Source of the DNA: Lama glama | Lineage: Eukaryota | Assembly (NCBI GenBank): GCA_028534125.1 | Contig: CM052816.1 | Span: 80,540,001-80,604,000, forward strand | Direction: 5' to 3' | DNA: 64,000 nt | Shown here: positions 23,983 to 36,975 of the stretch, in pieces | How the letters are laid out: the number at the start of each line of letters is the position of its first letter | Position numbering within the stretch: the stretch's first letter is position 1 | Program-made: the position numbers and the translations under genes | Notes under the pieces: model-generated | Database searches by the model: none | Told to the model about the DNA's origin: nothing | Seen by the model: the letters and a program-made list of their open reading frames with translations, nothing else

Positions 23983-26036
23983 AAGAACTAATGATGTGAT
24001 GGGAAATTAAAGTGATTTTCTTTTTTAAAAAAAGGTGCCTATTGGGGTGGCTACCTGGCATCCTAAGAGTTGCATCAGAGGAGCCGTGCTGGAGTCTTTG
24101 TCCGCATTTGGTAGCAGCAGCAGGGCCACCTCTGATTCTGCTGAAGGCGGAGAGATGACATCTGCTGCCAGAATACACGCCATGGAGGAGGAGAGGGATG
24201 TCTGTTCATTTTCCACTGAGAGCCCTTATGTTTTACGTGTAGCGAGGAGAACTGGCCTTCTGTTGTACTCAGTTCAGGGTTGACTGTGCTGTGTGCAGCT
24301 GATGGGAGGAGCAGGTGGGATGGAGTGCCCACAAGAAGCATTTACTACGCACTGGACCAGCATGTTGGGGAGTGTGCCTTTCTGTCCCCAACCCTGCCTC
24401 CCAGGGATACAGGCAAACATTGCTAGAGAGGGGCTCAAGGTATTTGTTTTTCTGACTCTCTTTCCTTTTTATCTCACATTTTTTAATCCATCCCCTTTTG
24501 ATCAAGATTTTTAAAAAGACTTTAAAATGAGTATGTCTCAGAGTAAGTTTCCTGGGCTCATTCCCAATCAGTGAAGGAATGAAGTTCACTGGGAATAGAA
24601 TTTGTAAATGTCGGCTTATTAGAGATACTCAAGATTGATGTAAACATATCACTTGTGAAGGGTTGGCATTTTAGTTACAACCACTGAAGGCACACATCCT
24701 TTCTTTCCTTTCTGTTGTGATTAGCATGACTGGTTTTTTTTTTTTTTAATCTCCTAGCATTTTATTTTTCCCACCTGGGTCCAATAGCACAATCTTTGGA
24801 CCTAAAGGAAAGCACAGATTAGGTTAACCTGAGGAATGATGCTGTTTTCTGTCCATGGGATCAATTCTCTGTTTAGCTGGTGGAGAGAGGATGGTGTTTA
24901 AAGACCTAAACTCTTCTTCCTTTCAGTCGATTTGAGGTGGCTTTAAAATAAGAAAGAGAACTCTCTTTGGGAGAGAAACATAAACTACCTGGGCACAATT
25001 CTTCTTCCCAAACAGAAAAGAAAAATCCAACTACTAGAATATAGTGTAGTCTTCCTTCTTTCTTCTACCACTGAAATGTGGTTCTGGAATACAGGCCATA
25101 GAAGTGGGCAAGTGACCAAGAACTTCAGTGGAAGTTCACATGTTCCATGGCTTTCAGTCTGAGTGTCATGGTTCTTTGGTATCTGATGCTACCAGACACC
25201 CCAAGTTTAATGCTCTCATTTTCCAGACTGGGAATCAGATGGGAAAGACTTGGCTGTATTGGTGGGCCGAGGAGAAGGAACCTGGGGAGAGGGAAAGATG
25301 GTGGTTCGGGAGGCCCAGTGCACAGAACACTGAGAAGTGATCCCGTCCAGGGCGTGGGGCATTATTAGTCTTGGCTCAGGGGAGAAATAACCAGTTCTTC
25401 CTCTGCAACTGGAGGAAAGGAGGCCAGGGTGGCTGGGACACGGCTGCGTGTAATGTGCAGAGGGGACTGGGGTCTTGGAGGCTCCGAAGGATCTGGTGCC
25501 GGGTCTGCAGGACAGAGATCTCTTCCATCACGGGACTGGGGAGGTCTCAGCATGAAACCAGGTTTCCCCCATGGCTGCCAGTTTAGACAGGAACCAGAGA
25601 GGGTAACCCCAGTGAGGAATGTAAAGGGACTGAACAACCAAAATATAGGTGGAGTGGTTACATCATTCCTGGGAAATGTCACTGGAGAGGAGGGGGTGTG
25701 AGGTTTGCACATCTGAAAGGGATCTGCTGCTCCACTTACTCCGATTCCAGGATGTTTTCATTGTTCAATTTTTGGAAGTGTGTCCAGTTCTGCCTCTCAC
25801 TTGGGAAATTAGAGACCTGTTCGGTGTGTACGTCGTTTTCCTCTAAGCAGCTGGTTCCTTTACCATCAGTGGCTGCTTTACCTCTGGCTGCTACCAGGAA
25901 GAGGAACCATTTGTTCCTGTAATGCCCCCAGCCTGCATCTCATCCACAGCAAAGGGGGCCGGGAGAAGTCAAAGGTCCAAGGCAGGTGTGGCGTCTCCTG
26001 CCTGTGTCCTTCACCCTCGACCTCCCTTCCCTGCAG

Positions 26037-26157
26037 ATGGTGGGCTGTGACTATGAGATCGACTCCAACGCCACGGAGGATCGCTGCGGTGTGTGCCTTG
26101 GGGATGGCTCCGCCTGCCAGACCGTGAAGAAGATGTTTAAACAGAAAGAAGGATCTG
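26037..26157 (+). CDS. ADAMTS12: ADAMTS12 internal exon, end of Cys-rich domain / start of spacer
   Basis: Acceptor cccttccctgcAG, donor CTG|GTAATA; 121 nt, phase 0-1. Encodes [40 protein letters not shown](G), with the ADAMTS DxCGVCxGDGSxC motif. Confidence 0.97.
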
Positions 26158-29100
26158 GTAATAAGCAAATAAATAATTAAAGTGGCAGGGGACTGAGAAT
26201 GAAGGTGAAGACTGAGTGCTATTTTTTTTTTAAAGCAGATTATGACTTTCACAGAATTGAAAATGGATGTAGCCTTCACTCCAAAGGGATAAAGGCTCCT
26301 TGGCAGTCTTAGGAAAGGGGTTGAATGGTATGCAGTTTCAGGAAGTGTCCCACTGCTGCTGTAGGGACCTGAGGTGGCCTTGTGGCTGCCTATGGGACCA
26401 GGTTTAAGAGTGTGATCTGCAGGAGAGGATCCAGGGCCGAAGGCCAGTGGACGAGGAACCAGGGGAATAGAAGCCACCTGGGGAGCCATAAGGCACCGCT
26501 GGCTGGGGCTGCCTTACAGGGAGGCATTGGGAAGAAGAGCAAGTTAAAGCAAGGCTGCCTTGCCTCTCCTTTGGTCCTGAAGGTTCACTCTGATTCTTCT
26601 GCCTTTAAACCCGTTGCTGGCTTCTCTGCCCTTTCTTGCATCTGTGTCCTTCTCAGCCAGCTTCTCATCTCCTCTCTCCCCCAGTTCTCTTGTTACTGTA
26701 TTGCAGTTGGGATATTGTACCCCCAGCATTAAAATATTGGGTATAGTCACTTTCTGACTCCAGCTCAAAGATGTAAATCTCAGAATCCTCCCTGTTGTGT
26801 GTCCTAAAGTATTCTTTTCTCCTGGTCTCTCCACCCGGCAGTGGTCTTCTTGTCATTGCTGCTGTTCGGTGGGTGGCAGTGATCGGCCCAGGAGGCTCAC
26901 ACTATGCCTCCATCTCCCTGGTCAAGAGGGTCCCACTCGCCCTCCAGAGTCTGTGGCTTGTGGTGGTTCCTTTTGGAGGATTATTCCCAGAACAAGTGTG
27001 TGTTTATAACCGGCTGCACGGGGCTGTGGTTGTTTGGAGAAGGCTTTGTTGTCCAGCGTTTGTGCATTGAATCCCCATAGCTGTGTTATCACTGTTCTTA
27101 ACCATGGCCTTGAAAGAAAACCCAGTGTGTCTTTTTTCCTGAGGGAAGTAAGAAACCATCAGGCAACACACACACACACACACAACAATGATCTTGGGCA
27201 ACAGGTGCAGAGTAGCTCTTGTGGCAAAATCGTCTCTGTTACCAGGAAATAATGAGGACATGCGATCAGTCACTCAAAAGGATTCAAAAATCCTTCAAAC
27301 CTTGCATGGCCAGACTGGTCCATGGCTTCTGCCTGTGTTCTTCTTTTCCCTTCCTGCTTTACTTTGGCTGACAGCTTTTTTTAAAAAAAAAATAAAAGGT
27401 GAAAAAGTCTGCATTAGAAATGCCCATGGTGGTCAGACCCAATGCCTCCTCCTCTCTGGCTCCTGCTGCCCTTGGCTATGAGGGTGTGAAATATTAGTCA
27501 AGACTTTTCCTTATTTGTTGTGAATGCTTCTAAGAAAGAGAGGGGAGGGTGCGAAGGTGAGGTACACTCAGGGGTAAGAGGCCAGGTACTGGTCTAGGTT
27601 ACCACCAACCCCAGGAGGTCACCTCTGTGGGCCTCACTCAATTTCTGAGGCCCCTTCCAAGCCCGGGTGGCACTTCCTGTCTTCCCTCTGTCTCGGGCCT
27701 CAGGGCTGATCATGAGTTTGTTGATATCTAAGTGTCGAAGGTGGGCAGGCTCTTCAGAAGACGGTGTCTTTATCCATGGGCTCCTTGGGATGTCTCAACA
27801 ACTAAGTTCCTGTCTTTCTCTGTGGAGAAGAGCTCTTTTTAGTAGATCTGATGCCTCACAGCAGATGGTGGCATCTTGCCCTTTAATTAATGCCACACTT
27901 GGGGAACAAAAGACCCACCGACTTGTAGATCGTCCGTAATAGCTTCTATTTCCTATCTGGGGGAAAGAGAAAAGAGTTGGTATTAGGTGTAGTGCGTGGT
28001 TGCTGTGATTGGACGTGTCTGGAACTTGAAGAACGTAGGCCCAGAGTACTGTGTACCACAGAGTACTGTGTACCGTGTACAGACATAAAGAATGGCCTGG
28101 TTCATTCATTCATTCACTCTGTTACTTGAGAAACTTCAGCCGAGCACCTGTTGTGTGCTTGGCATGGGGAACAGAGTAATGAGTAAGACGATGGCTCTTC
28201 CCACTGCCTACTTGCCTCACACCGTCCAGGTTACAGGTCCAGAGCCCCGCTGTGACATTTGACTGTTGGGTAGAAATTAATGAGGAGCCTGTTTCAGAAA
28301 GAAGTTGGCAGGAAATTAAGCCTTATTCTTTCAAAGGTGCCCTGGGCTTGTTACCCAGAGCCCTGGCCTTCATCCCAAACTCTTGCAGTCCCTTCTCTTT
28401 GGTCTAGAACACTGGCCCTTCATTGTCCAGTTCCTCAGCCTTGGTTTGTTTCTTGGTGTCTCATCTCCTGGATCCTGTATTACTCACCTGCCTTGGTCTT
28501 TAATATTAGCTATCTCTTTCCTGATTTTTTTTAAGTTCTTGGCCTTAATCCACTGACTTTCTGAAACCACCACTCTGGACTCCTCTGGCCTTCATTGACT
28601 TCTCTGGACCTCACCAGTGCTAGGCTCTCTGATCACTAAACCAAGTCCTAGTCTTGCTCACACTGGCCTGCTTGGCTCTGTTGCTGAGAACAAGGATCTG
28701 CATTCTCTGAGCACCTGAACTCTCCTACAGCAAGTATGTCACTTAACATGGTGCCTAAACCACCAGCTTTAATTCCTACCTCCTTTATTTAATCATAACC
28801 AGAATGTGCTCAACTTTCGTTCAAAGTCTTTTTATAGAATTGGAATAGTGACCCTATAAAATTCACGTTTAATTTTATATTTTAGATAATACATTTGCAT
28901 CTCTATTTAGTAGACTTGCTGCACATAATTGAGTTATTTTGAACTCTTTTGGCACACTACTTAAGTTAATTCAGTTTCCTCTGTCTGATATACCTTGCAT
29001 ACAATTTCCTTTTCACAATTCAGCATGTAGAAAAATCAATCTACAGTCTAGAAAGCAGAGGATGGACACAAAATGTCCCTGTTCTATAAACTATGACTGC

Positions 29101-29401
29101 CAGTATCCGTATCTTTAGAATAGGAGATTCCTAGAATGGGGTAAAAGTTGCGGCTGCCTGGAACCACTTGGATGTCAACTGTCTCCTGACCCCACATGTT
29201 TATGTGTTTAGTTCATCTTGCTGTAGCTCCCTAGGCTCTGCCACTGATTTCTTCTTTTTTTAAGTCAAAATATTAAATTCACATCGAGTTAGCAATTGAC
29301 AACAATTACAAATTATGCTAAAATTGCCATCTTAATCCCGTAATGAGGCGTGTTCTGGACTTTTGCTTGGGACCACCTAGGCTCTGGGACAAACTGAAGA
29401 C

Positions 29402-29901
29402 NNNNNNNNNNNNNNNNNNNNNNNNNNNNNNNNNNNNNNNNNNNNNNNNNNNNNNNNNNNNNNNNNNNNNNNNNNNNNNNNNNNNNNNNNNNNNNNNNNN
29501 NNNNNNNNNNNNNNNNNNNNNNNNNNNNNNNNNNNNNNNNNNNNNNNNNNNNNNNNNNNNNNNNNNNNNNNNNNNNNNNNNNNNNNNNNNNNNNNNNNNN
29601 NNNNNNNNNNNNNNNNNNNNNNNNNNNNNNNNNNNNNNNNNNNNNNNNNNNNNNNNNNNNNNNNNNNNNNNNNNNNNNNNNNNNNNNNNNNNNNNNNNNN
29701 NNNNNNNNNNNNNNNNNNNNNNNNNNNNNNNNNNNNNNNNNNNNNNNNNNNNNNNNNNNNNNNNNNNNNNNNNNNNNNNNNNNNNNNNNNNNNNNNNNNN
29801 NNNNNNNNNNNNNNNNNNNNNNNNNNNNNNNNNNNNNNNNNNNNNNNNNNNNNNNNNNNNNNNNNNNNNNNNNNNNNNNNNNNNNNNNNNNNNNNNNNNN
29901 N
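29402..29901. other. Assembly gap
   Basis: 500 consecutive N. Confidence 1.
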
Positions 29902-30833
29902 AGACACTGATGTGTCACTGCTGTTGAGCCAGGCCTCAGAAGGTGGATCTGCCTTTCCCAGGAGGCATCCCACAGAAACCATGACGTCTTGGCCTGCGGT
30001 GAGGATTGTCTTGCTTGCTGCAAATTGACAGCACAAATCTTTAAAAAGGCAAGCTGGTAGCTGTAGATAAATTGCCTGTGTTAATAGAATCACCTCTTTA
30101 CGAACACATTTTTATTTGAAGTGACAGACTGGAAACCAAATATGCCAGTGGATAACTCCTATTTTTAGAACAGTTGAATAAGATGTACATTAGCACCAAT
30201 AATCCATTGTCTCTTTTGTGACATGTCTTCAGAAGTGAGGCCAATCTTCTGCCCATCCTCAGAAGCCCTGAATGTTCTTTTAGCTGAAGGCATTCAAGAC
30301 TCAGTGATGGGATGGTTTCTTCAAGTGATGTCCATGGGCCTAGAGACACTTCCTTTGAGATCAAGTTTATGTTTTCTCACTTCCTCCAATACTGATGCAA
30401 AAGGCTAGTGTTTACCGGGGAAGATGGGAGAAAAGTGATTTGCTGAATGAGTATATTCATCATTCTTAATACTTTGGACATATTCTTACCAACCTTAAAA
30501 ATCTTCCCTTAACATAGAATGAACATCTCAATAACTCTCCACACCTACAACTTTTTAATATGATTCTTATTCCTGTAAAGAAGACCCATGAGGATGAGAC
30601 ATTCAAGGGGGATTTGTTTTTATCTCTATTCTACCAACCACATTTTTCCATTAAAAACACTGTCCTAGGAGTTGGTTAGCAAACCCTGGTTATAGGTATG
30701 TTTATTTTCCATCTAGCTGTGTGATGCAGAATAGATATTTTTCCTCTCTTAGGAACTCAGTTTCTTCATTTTATAGACAAAGAGGTTGATAGCCATTTCA
30801 TTCCCCATAAATGTCCATTAACAGTGGGTTGGT

Positions 30834-31457
30834 TAAAGCACCTCAGTGTTCATAGCATCATTATTTACAGTAGCCAAGATATGAAAGAAAACTGTGTCCA
30901 TAAACACATAAGTAGATAAAGAAGATATATACACACATACACACATATATATCCTTACACACACACACAGTGGAATACTACTCAGCCATAAAAGATGATA
31001 TTTTGCCATTTGCAGCAACATGAATGGACTTGGAGAGTATTATACGAAGTGAAATAAGTCAGACAGAGACAAGTACTGTATGATATCACTTATATGTGGA
31101 GTCTAAAAAATACAACAAACTAGTGAGTATAACAAAAAAGAAGCAGACTCACAGATATAGAGAGCAAACAAACCAGTGATTACCAGTGGAGAGAGGGAAG
31201 AGGGAAGGGGTATTATGGGGGTAAGTAATTAAGAGGTACTCTATGTATGAAATAAGCCACAAGGGTATATTGTACAGCACAGGGAATATAGCCAATATTT
31301 TATAATAACTATAAATGGGGTATAACCTTCAAAAATTGTGAATCACTGTATTGTATACCTATAACATATAATACTATACACCAACTATACTTCAATAAAA
31401 AATAATAAAAGTTTTAGAAATTTTTAAAAATAAAGTGTATTTTAAAAGAAAAAAAAC
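30834..31457 (+). mobile_element. 5'-truncated L1 with 3' UTR and A-rich tail
   Basis: L1 3' motifs (tttgcagcaacatgaatggacttggagag; ccaactatacttcaataaaaaa). TSD ACAGTGGGTTGGT (30821-30833) / ACAGTGGGTAGGT (31458-31470). Confidence 0.85.
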
Positions 31458-32589
31458 ACAGTGGGTAGGTATAATTAATGGGTTTATGTCATTTTTGTAG
31501 CTGTTGAAATGCTCAAAAAATAAGGAAATATATGTAAGGGATATTAAAGTTAAAAAGGAATAGTTAGAATAGTTCATACAGTATGATTGCACTTGTTTAA
31601 AAAAGTGTATGTGTGTGCACTTATACATACAAAGAAAGATTTTGGAAGAGAATCCAAGAAACTATTAACTGTAATTATCTTGGGGACATAGGACTCTGGG
31701 TGGAGGGAAGTGGAAACTTTTACTTTTCATTTTATAGTCCTCTTTATTGTGGGCTGTTCTGTCGTGTGCAAAGGAGTCTAGTGGATATATTATAATTTTA
31801 TCCTTTGGCTTCCTCCTAGGTATTTTTTTTGCAAATATATATTACAGATATTTATTACTTTTGCTCTTGGCTACATCTGCCTCAGTTGACATCTCCTGTT
31901 GACACACTGTTTAGAAGCAGTGCTTGTACTTACTGAAAGCTTGTATTTAAATTTGATATACCTCCCCTTTCAATTTGAAAGAATCTGTCCATGATAAATA
32001 TTTTCAATTTTGGAGTTTTTTCCTCTTAAGTGGAAGATAAAAAAACAAACTCTTTGGAGGTTTTTTTTTCCCCAATCTGGTTTTTGTTTTGTTTTGTTTT
32101 TAAACAAGGGATAAGGTGGTTGCCACACTACTTGCCGCCAGTTGGCTCTCCTGCTTGAGCTCTGCTCTGAGACCACATGCAACATCCTAAGTCAGATGAT
32201 GGCTGCGGAGAGCAGTGCTCCAAAGGCATTTTAGACAATTACATTAGCCTCAATTACATGTGATAAATATTTTCCCCGAGCTATTTATAAATTAGTAGTT
32301 TTAACCAGCTGTCTCAGGCAAGTGTGTGAGGGCCCAGTGGAATTTAATCAAGTACTTCAAGCCCCACATTTTGTTTCCTTTGGATGAGAGCCACCGGTTT
32401 GAAAAATAGAGCAGAAATTTGTGGCCCATACCCAGCTTCTGAGCAAATCATTTCTGCTGGCCAGCCTTAGGTTTTAACTCCCAGGACCCCATGCCATTAG
32501 TGTCTGAGGGAAAGGGAGCTGTTAGGGCACTTTTAGGTGACAGAGATGAGGGTTTGCTTGTTAGTCAAAAAAACAAAAAGAAAAACAGC

Positions 32590-32711
32590 GAAAGAGAATG
32601 TGACAATGAATCTATGTATGTTTGTGTATAACTGAAAAATTGTGCTCTACACTGGAATCTGACACAACATTGTAAAATGACTATAACTCAATTAAAAAAT
32701 GTTAAAAAAAA
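32590..32711 (+). mobile_element. Short L1 3' tail
   Basis: gaaaaattgtgctctacactggaatctgacacaacattgtaaaatgactataactcaattaaaaaa is related to the other young L1 tails in the window. Confidence 0.7.
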
Positions 32712-33899
32712 CCTAGTATATATCCAGTGGAAAATGACCAGGATGATCAGGATCTTAAAATCAAGTTTTATATGGAAAAGGTAAAGGAATGGAGAAAGTT
32801 AAGCTTAGAAAGGGGCAAAATAATCAATTATCAGAGCTGGGAGCGGGTGAGGCATCATCTCATTCAAGGTGCTTCATTGTGCAGATGACGTTCAAAGAAG
32901 TTAAATAAGTTGATAAACATCATGGAGCTCACTTGTTAGCAACGCAGAAACTAGAACTCAAATGTCTGACTCCTGTGCCTCCCGTACTCTTTTCCCAGTG
33001 CCATCCCCAAGGTCCACATTCTTTCCATTCTGTTGCATCTATGAGGTGATGGTTCTTAAGATGCATAAATAGGGTGAATCCATAAAGAGCTCAGCCTAGA
33101 GTCTGGCAAAGAGAGGAAACTGTTATGTATTAATTCCTTTTCTTCCCAGTATGTCTCCTACCATAACAACCGTAGCTACAATTGATCATGGCCTTTAAGT
33201 GGATGTCCTCTGTGCTTTTTCAGAATGTTGGATTAGAACACATGAGAATAAAACATAAGTTTATTATATTTCATCAAAACATAAGAAAAAACACTTTCTA
33301 ACGAATATAATTGTCCAGCAATATAAAAAGCTGTGCTCAGAGCTATTTCTCATCACAAGCTGTATTCAAGAGCGCCAGGTGGCAATCAATCCAAGATTCC
33401 CTCTAGAATTCTCTTAATGAATTTAAGCTATGGTTAAATTACTTCTAAGAGTCTGTCTTTAATTTTCAGGCAATGAGGATGAGGGAAAGGATGGAGCCAC
33501 TGCAATATTTAGGGAGATTAATCTGATAGCAGCAACAAATGAGGGAGTAGAAATGCTAATGGGAAGCTGAACATTTTGAACTATTAACATATAATCACAG
33601 AATATAAATGCTGGATCAATCACAAAAAAGCTTCAGAGCCCAATCTGCATTTATTTCACCTCTTCCCTCATGAAACTGATTACACACTGAGTCACAAAGC
33701 CCCTGAGAATTCTACTCACAGACAAACTCCTTCCAATTCCCCATAGTTAGTACGTCTACTGGCCCCAGTAAGCACCTAGGAGGAAGGCTAGGGTACTAAA
33801 TGACGGGGATACTGGGAAGAGGATGGATGATGGGTCAGAAGCAGATTGTGTTCAGCTAAGCTAGCGTGCCTCTTTCATCATTGTGTCTTCTTTCCTTAG

Positions 33900-34144
33900 G
33901 TTATGTTGACATTGGACTGATTCCGAAAGGAGCCAGGGACATACGGGTAATGGAGGTCGAGGGAGCTGGAAACTTTCTGGCCATCAGGAGTGAAGACCCC
34001 GAAAAATATTACCTCAATGGAGGATTTATTATCCAGTGGAATGGGAACTACAAACTGGCGGGGACCATCTTTCAATATGACAGGAAAGGGGACCTGGAGA
34101 AACTGATGGCCACAGGTCCCACCAATGAGTCAGTGTGGATCCAG
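33900..34144 (+). CDS. ADAMTS12: ADAMTS12 internal exon, spacer domain
   Basis: Acceptor tctttccttAG, donor CAG|GTAATG; 245 nt, phase 1-0. Encodes (G)[81 protein letters not shown]. Confidence 0.97.
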
Positions 34145-34450
34145 GTAATGCAGAAGTGAAGGAAACTGATGACATATGCATTAGTTAGGATTTTTCTAAT
34201 TTTCTTGTCCAAGGTATTTGCTAGGGGATATTCATTAACAATCCTTAAGCCTTCTTCTAGCAAGGAACAGGGAGGGACGTGAGATACTAGGTTGTGTGCT
34301 GCTAATCCTTTATTGCCTAAAATTGCTGAAATCCACATAATGAAATGGTAGGGACCCCCAAATCATCCGTTAAGTTCAGTTACCAGTATGGTTGACACAG
34401 GCTGTTTATTTGAGGATGAGTGTTCTTCAGGTATAAAAAGGATGCTATTC

Positions 34451-35004
34451 TGCTGGGGAGGGTGTGGAGAAAGGGAACCCTCCTACGCTATTGGTGGGGA
34501 TGTAATTTGGTGCAGCCACTATGGAAAACAGTATGGAGATTCCTTAAAAAACTAAAAATACACTTACCATATGATCAAGCAATCCCACTCCTGGGTATAT
34601 ATCCAGAGGAAACTCTAATTTGAAAAGATACATGCACCCCAATGTTCATAGCAGCATTATTTAATGTGTTTAAATGTCCATCAACAAATGATTGGATAAA
34701 GAAGTTGTGGTATTATTTACACACACACACACACACACACAATGGAAGACTACTCAGCCATGAAAAAGAACGAAATAATACTATTTGCAGCAATATGGAT
34801 GGACTTAGATATTATTATACTAAGTGAAGTAAGTCGGATGGAGAAAGACTATCATATGGTATCACTTTTACATAGAATCTAAAAAATGAGACAAATGAAC
34901 TTATTTACAAAACAGAAACAGACTCACAGACATAGAAAGTGAATTTAGGGTTACCAAAGTGAGAAAGAGGGGAGGGATAAATTGGGAGTTTGGGATTAGC
35001 CGAT
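34451..35004 (+). mobile_element. L1 internal fragment (ORF2 end and proximal 3' UTR, no tail)
   Basis: Peptide remnants CNLVQPLWKTVWRFLKKLKIHLPYDQAIPLLGIYP and MFIAALF; similarity stops at gggattagccgat. Confidence 0.85.
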
Positions 35005-35224
35005 GTCCATTTTAAACACGTGGTAGGTAGTTTGCCTGCAGGAGAGGGAAGTGAGGGGAAGGGCCCCAGAGTGGTGGCTACAACTCATGACCATTGTAAT
35101 CCCAGAGCTGTATGCTTTGAAGGAACTAATCAGCCTGAGAGCTAGAAAAAAGGCATCACAAGGCAACAACAACAACAACAAAATTAATATTTATATTAAT
35201 ATTAAATGCTTACATTAAAATCGA

Positions 35225-35410
35225 TATTTATTGAGTGCTAACCATATACCAGGCACTGACCTAATCCAATCTAGTCACATTGCATTTATTTATTTAACCC
35301 TCACAAACCACTCTATTAGTCATGCTATTATTATCCTCACTTTGTAGGTGGGGAAAATAAAGCAAACAGAGGTTAAGTAACTTAGCCATAATCACAATGT
35401 TAGTAAGTAC
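35225..35410. mobile_element. MIR SINE
   Basis: tttattgagtgctaaccatataccaggcactg ... cagaggttaagtaacttagcc. Confidence 0.7.
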
Positions 35411-35649
35411 ACAAGGGCACAAGGTGACCGACCAGGCTTGTTGGAAAGGACACTCCTGGTCATTCCCTCAGAGTAATCCGCATATGATTAGACCACCCAA
35501 GAATTTCCAGGGAAATTCAGTCAAGAAATAACAGAATGGAGAAGATTAGATATAGACATATGTAGATGGACAGGTGGAGGTAGAAACAGAGGTAGAGATA
35601 TATTTATTTAATGGTGTTTGTTCCAATGCATCGCCTCCATGACTACTTT

Positions 35650-35916
35650 TTTTAATTAAAGTACAGCCGATTTACAATGTTGTGCTATTTTCTGGTGTAG
35701 CATAGTGATTCAGTTATACACACACACACATATTCCTTTTCTTATTCTTGGTCGTTATAGGCTGTTACAAGGTATTAAACATAGTTCCCTGTGCCATATA
35801 GTAGGACCGTGTTGTTTATTGATTTTATTAATAGTAGTTAGTGTCTGCAGATCCCAAACTTCCAATTTATGCTTCCCCCACTTCCACCCCAGGTAACCGT
35901 AAGTCTGATTTCTATG
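35650..35916 (-). mobile_element. 5'-truncated L1 3' end
   Basis: Perfect 14-bp TSD TCCATGACTACTTT (35636-35649 and 35917-35930); antisense L1 3' UTR sequence. Confidence 0.88.
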
Positions 35917-36023
35917 TCCATGACTACTTTGAGATGATGGACATGGTGTGTTATTTTTATGTGATTCTGCTTTGCGGTATAAAGTCATGACAACGTTTGA
36001 CATGGCCCCTCTCCGTCTTTTAG

Positions 36024-36162
36024 CTTCTATTCCAGGTGACCAACCCTGGCATCAAGTATGAGTATACAGTCCGGAAGGACGGCCTTGACAGCGACGTGGA
36101 GAGGCTGGTGTACTTCTGGCAGTATGGCCGCTGGACAGAGTGCAGTGTAACGTGTGGGACGG
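36024..36162 (+). CDS. ADAMTS12: ADAMTS12 internal exon, end of spacer and start of TSR2
   Basis: Acceptor ccgtcttttAG, donor CGG|GTGAGA; 139 nt, phase 0-1. Encodes [46 protein letters not shown](G). Start chosen because the recalled human protein reads [12 protein letters not shown]; a second in-frame AG lies at 36034-36035. Confidence 0.93.
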
Positions 36163-36646
36163 GTGAGAACAGCTGCTGTCTGGGCAGGTCCACGGCGGCT
36201 TCAGACCTGTCCGTGGAGGCCTCTAGGCCAGTGGTTTGTGCTCTGTGCCCCCGGGTCTGCAGGGTTCCACAAAGATGGCCCAGGGGCCTCTGTGGAGAGT
36301 GGCCATGCGAGTCCTGGTCCAAAGAGGGGGGCGGTTTTTCCTTTACCAGCTTTATATACTGTCCTTCATGAAAGGTTTTGTTTGAAGAAAGGGTTAACAT
36401 GTCTTTTTATAAAGCAAAACAGAAAGGTTTAAAACTGCTCTGGTTGAGGACCTGAGGACCACGAAAGTCAAACAACCCACGAGAGGTGTACTTTAAACCA
36501 CAGCCAAATTCAGACCGTATCTGGCTCTGCTAATTCCTAGCCCAGTGTTTTTCTTCTGTCTCAGATTTACCAAATTTTCGTATCTACAAGGAGAATAATT
36601 TTCCCTCATAAAGTCAAGCCTGGGAGAGATTCCTTGCTGTCCAGCA

Positions 36647-36975
36647 TGTCAGGACGGGGCAAGTTCTGCTATGGTAACAAAGGTAGCAAAGTCTCAGGAA
36701 CACGATGAAGGGTTTAACCCACCCTAAGTCAGATGCGGGTGAAATGGCCCTGCTTCACCTTGAGCTGAGACACTGGAAATGCCTGGCTCCCAGAGAGAAA
36801 CCAAAGAGGCAGGCTGGCCCTTAGCAGTGGCCTTGGCCTGGAGTAACACAAACCACTTCTGCTCACGTTTCATTGGTTGGCCTTAGTCCCATATGCGCAA
36901 TCCAAGTGCAGAAAGAGGCTTCTAGCTGTAAAGGAGCACGTGGACGTTTGGAGAGCGTGGACTCTCTCCGCTGCC
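36647..36975 (-). mobile_element. Ancient MLT1-type MaLR LTR remnant
   Basis: ctgctatggtaacaaa ... cacttctgctcacgtttcattgg resembles MLT1J/K. Confidence 0.45.

Noticed and set aside
25878..26489. 203-aa minus-strand ORF
   Set aside because: Antisense shadow of a GC-rich exon; no recognisable domain.
29313..30093. Long ORFs across the first gap
   Set aside because: Artefacts of N translated as X. Exon phases and protein continuity show no coding exon is missing in this gap.
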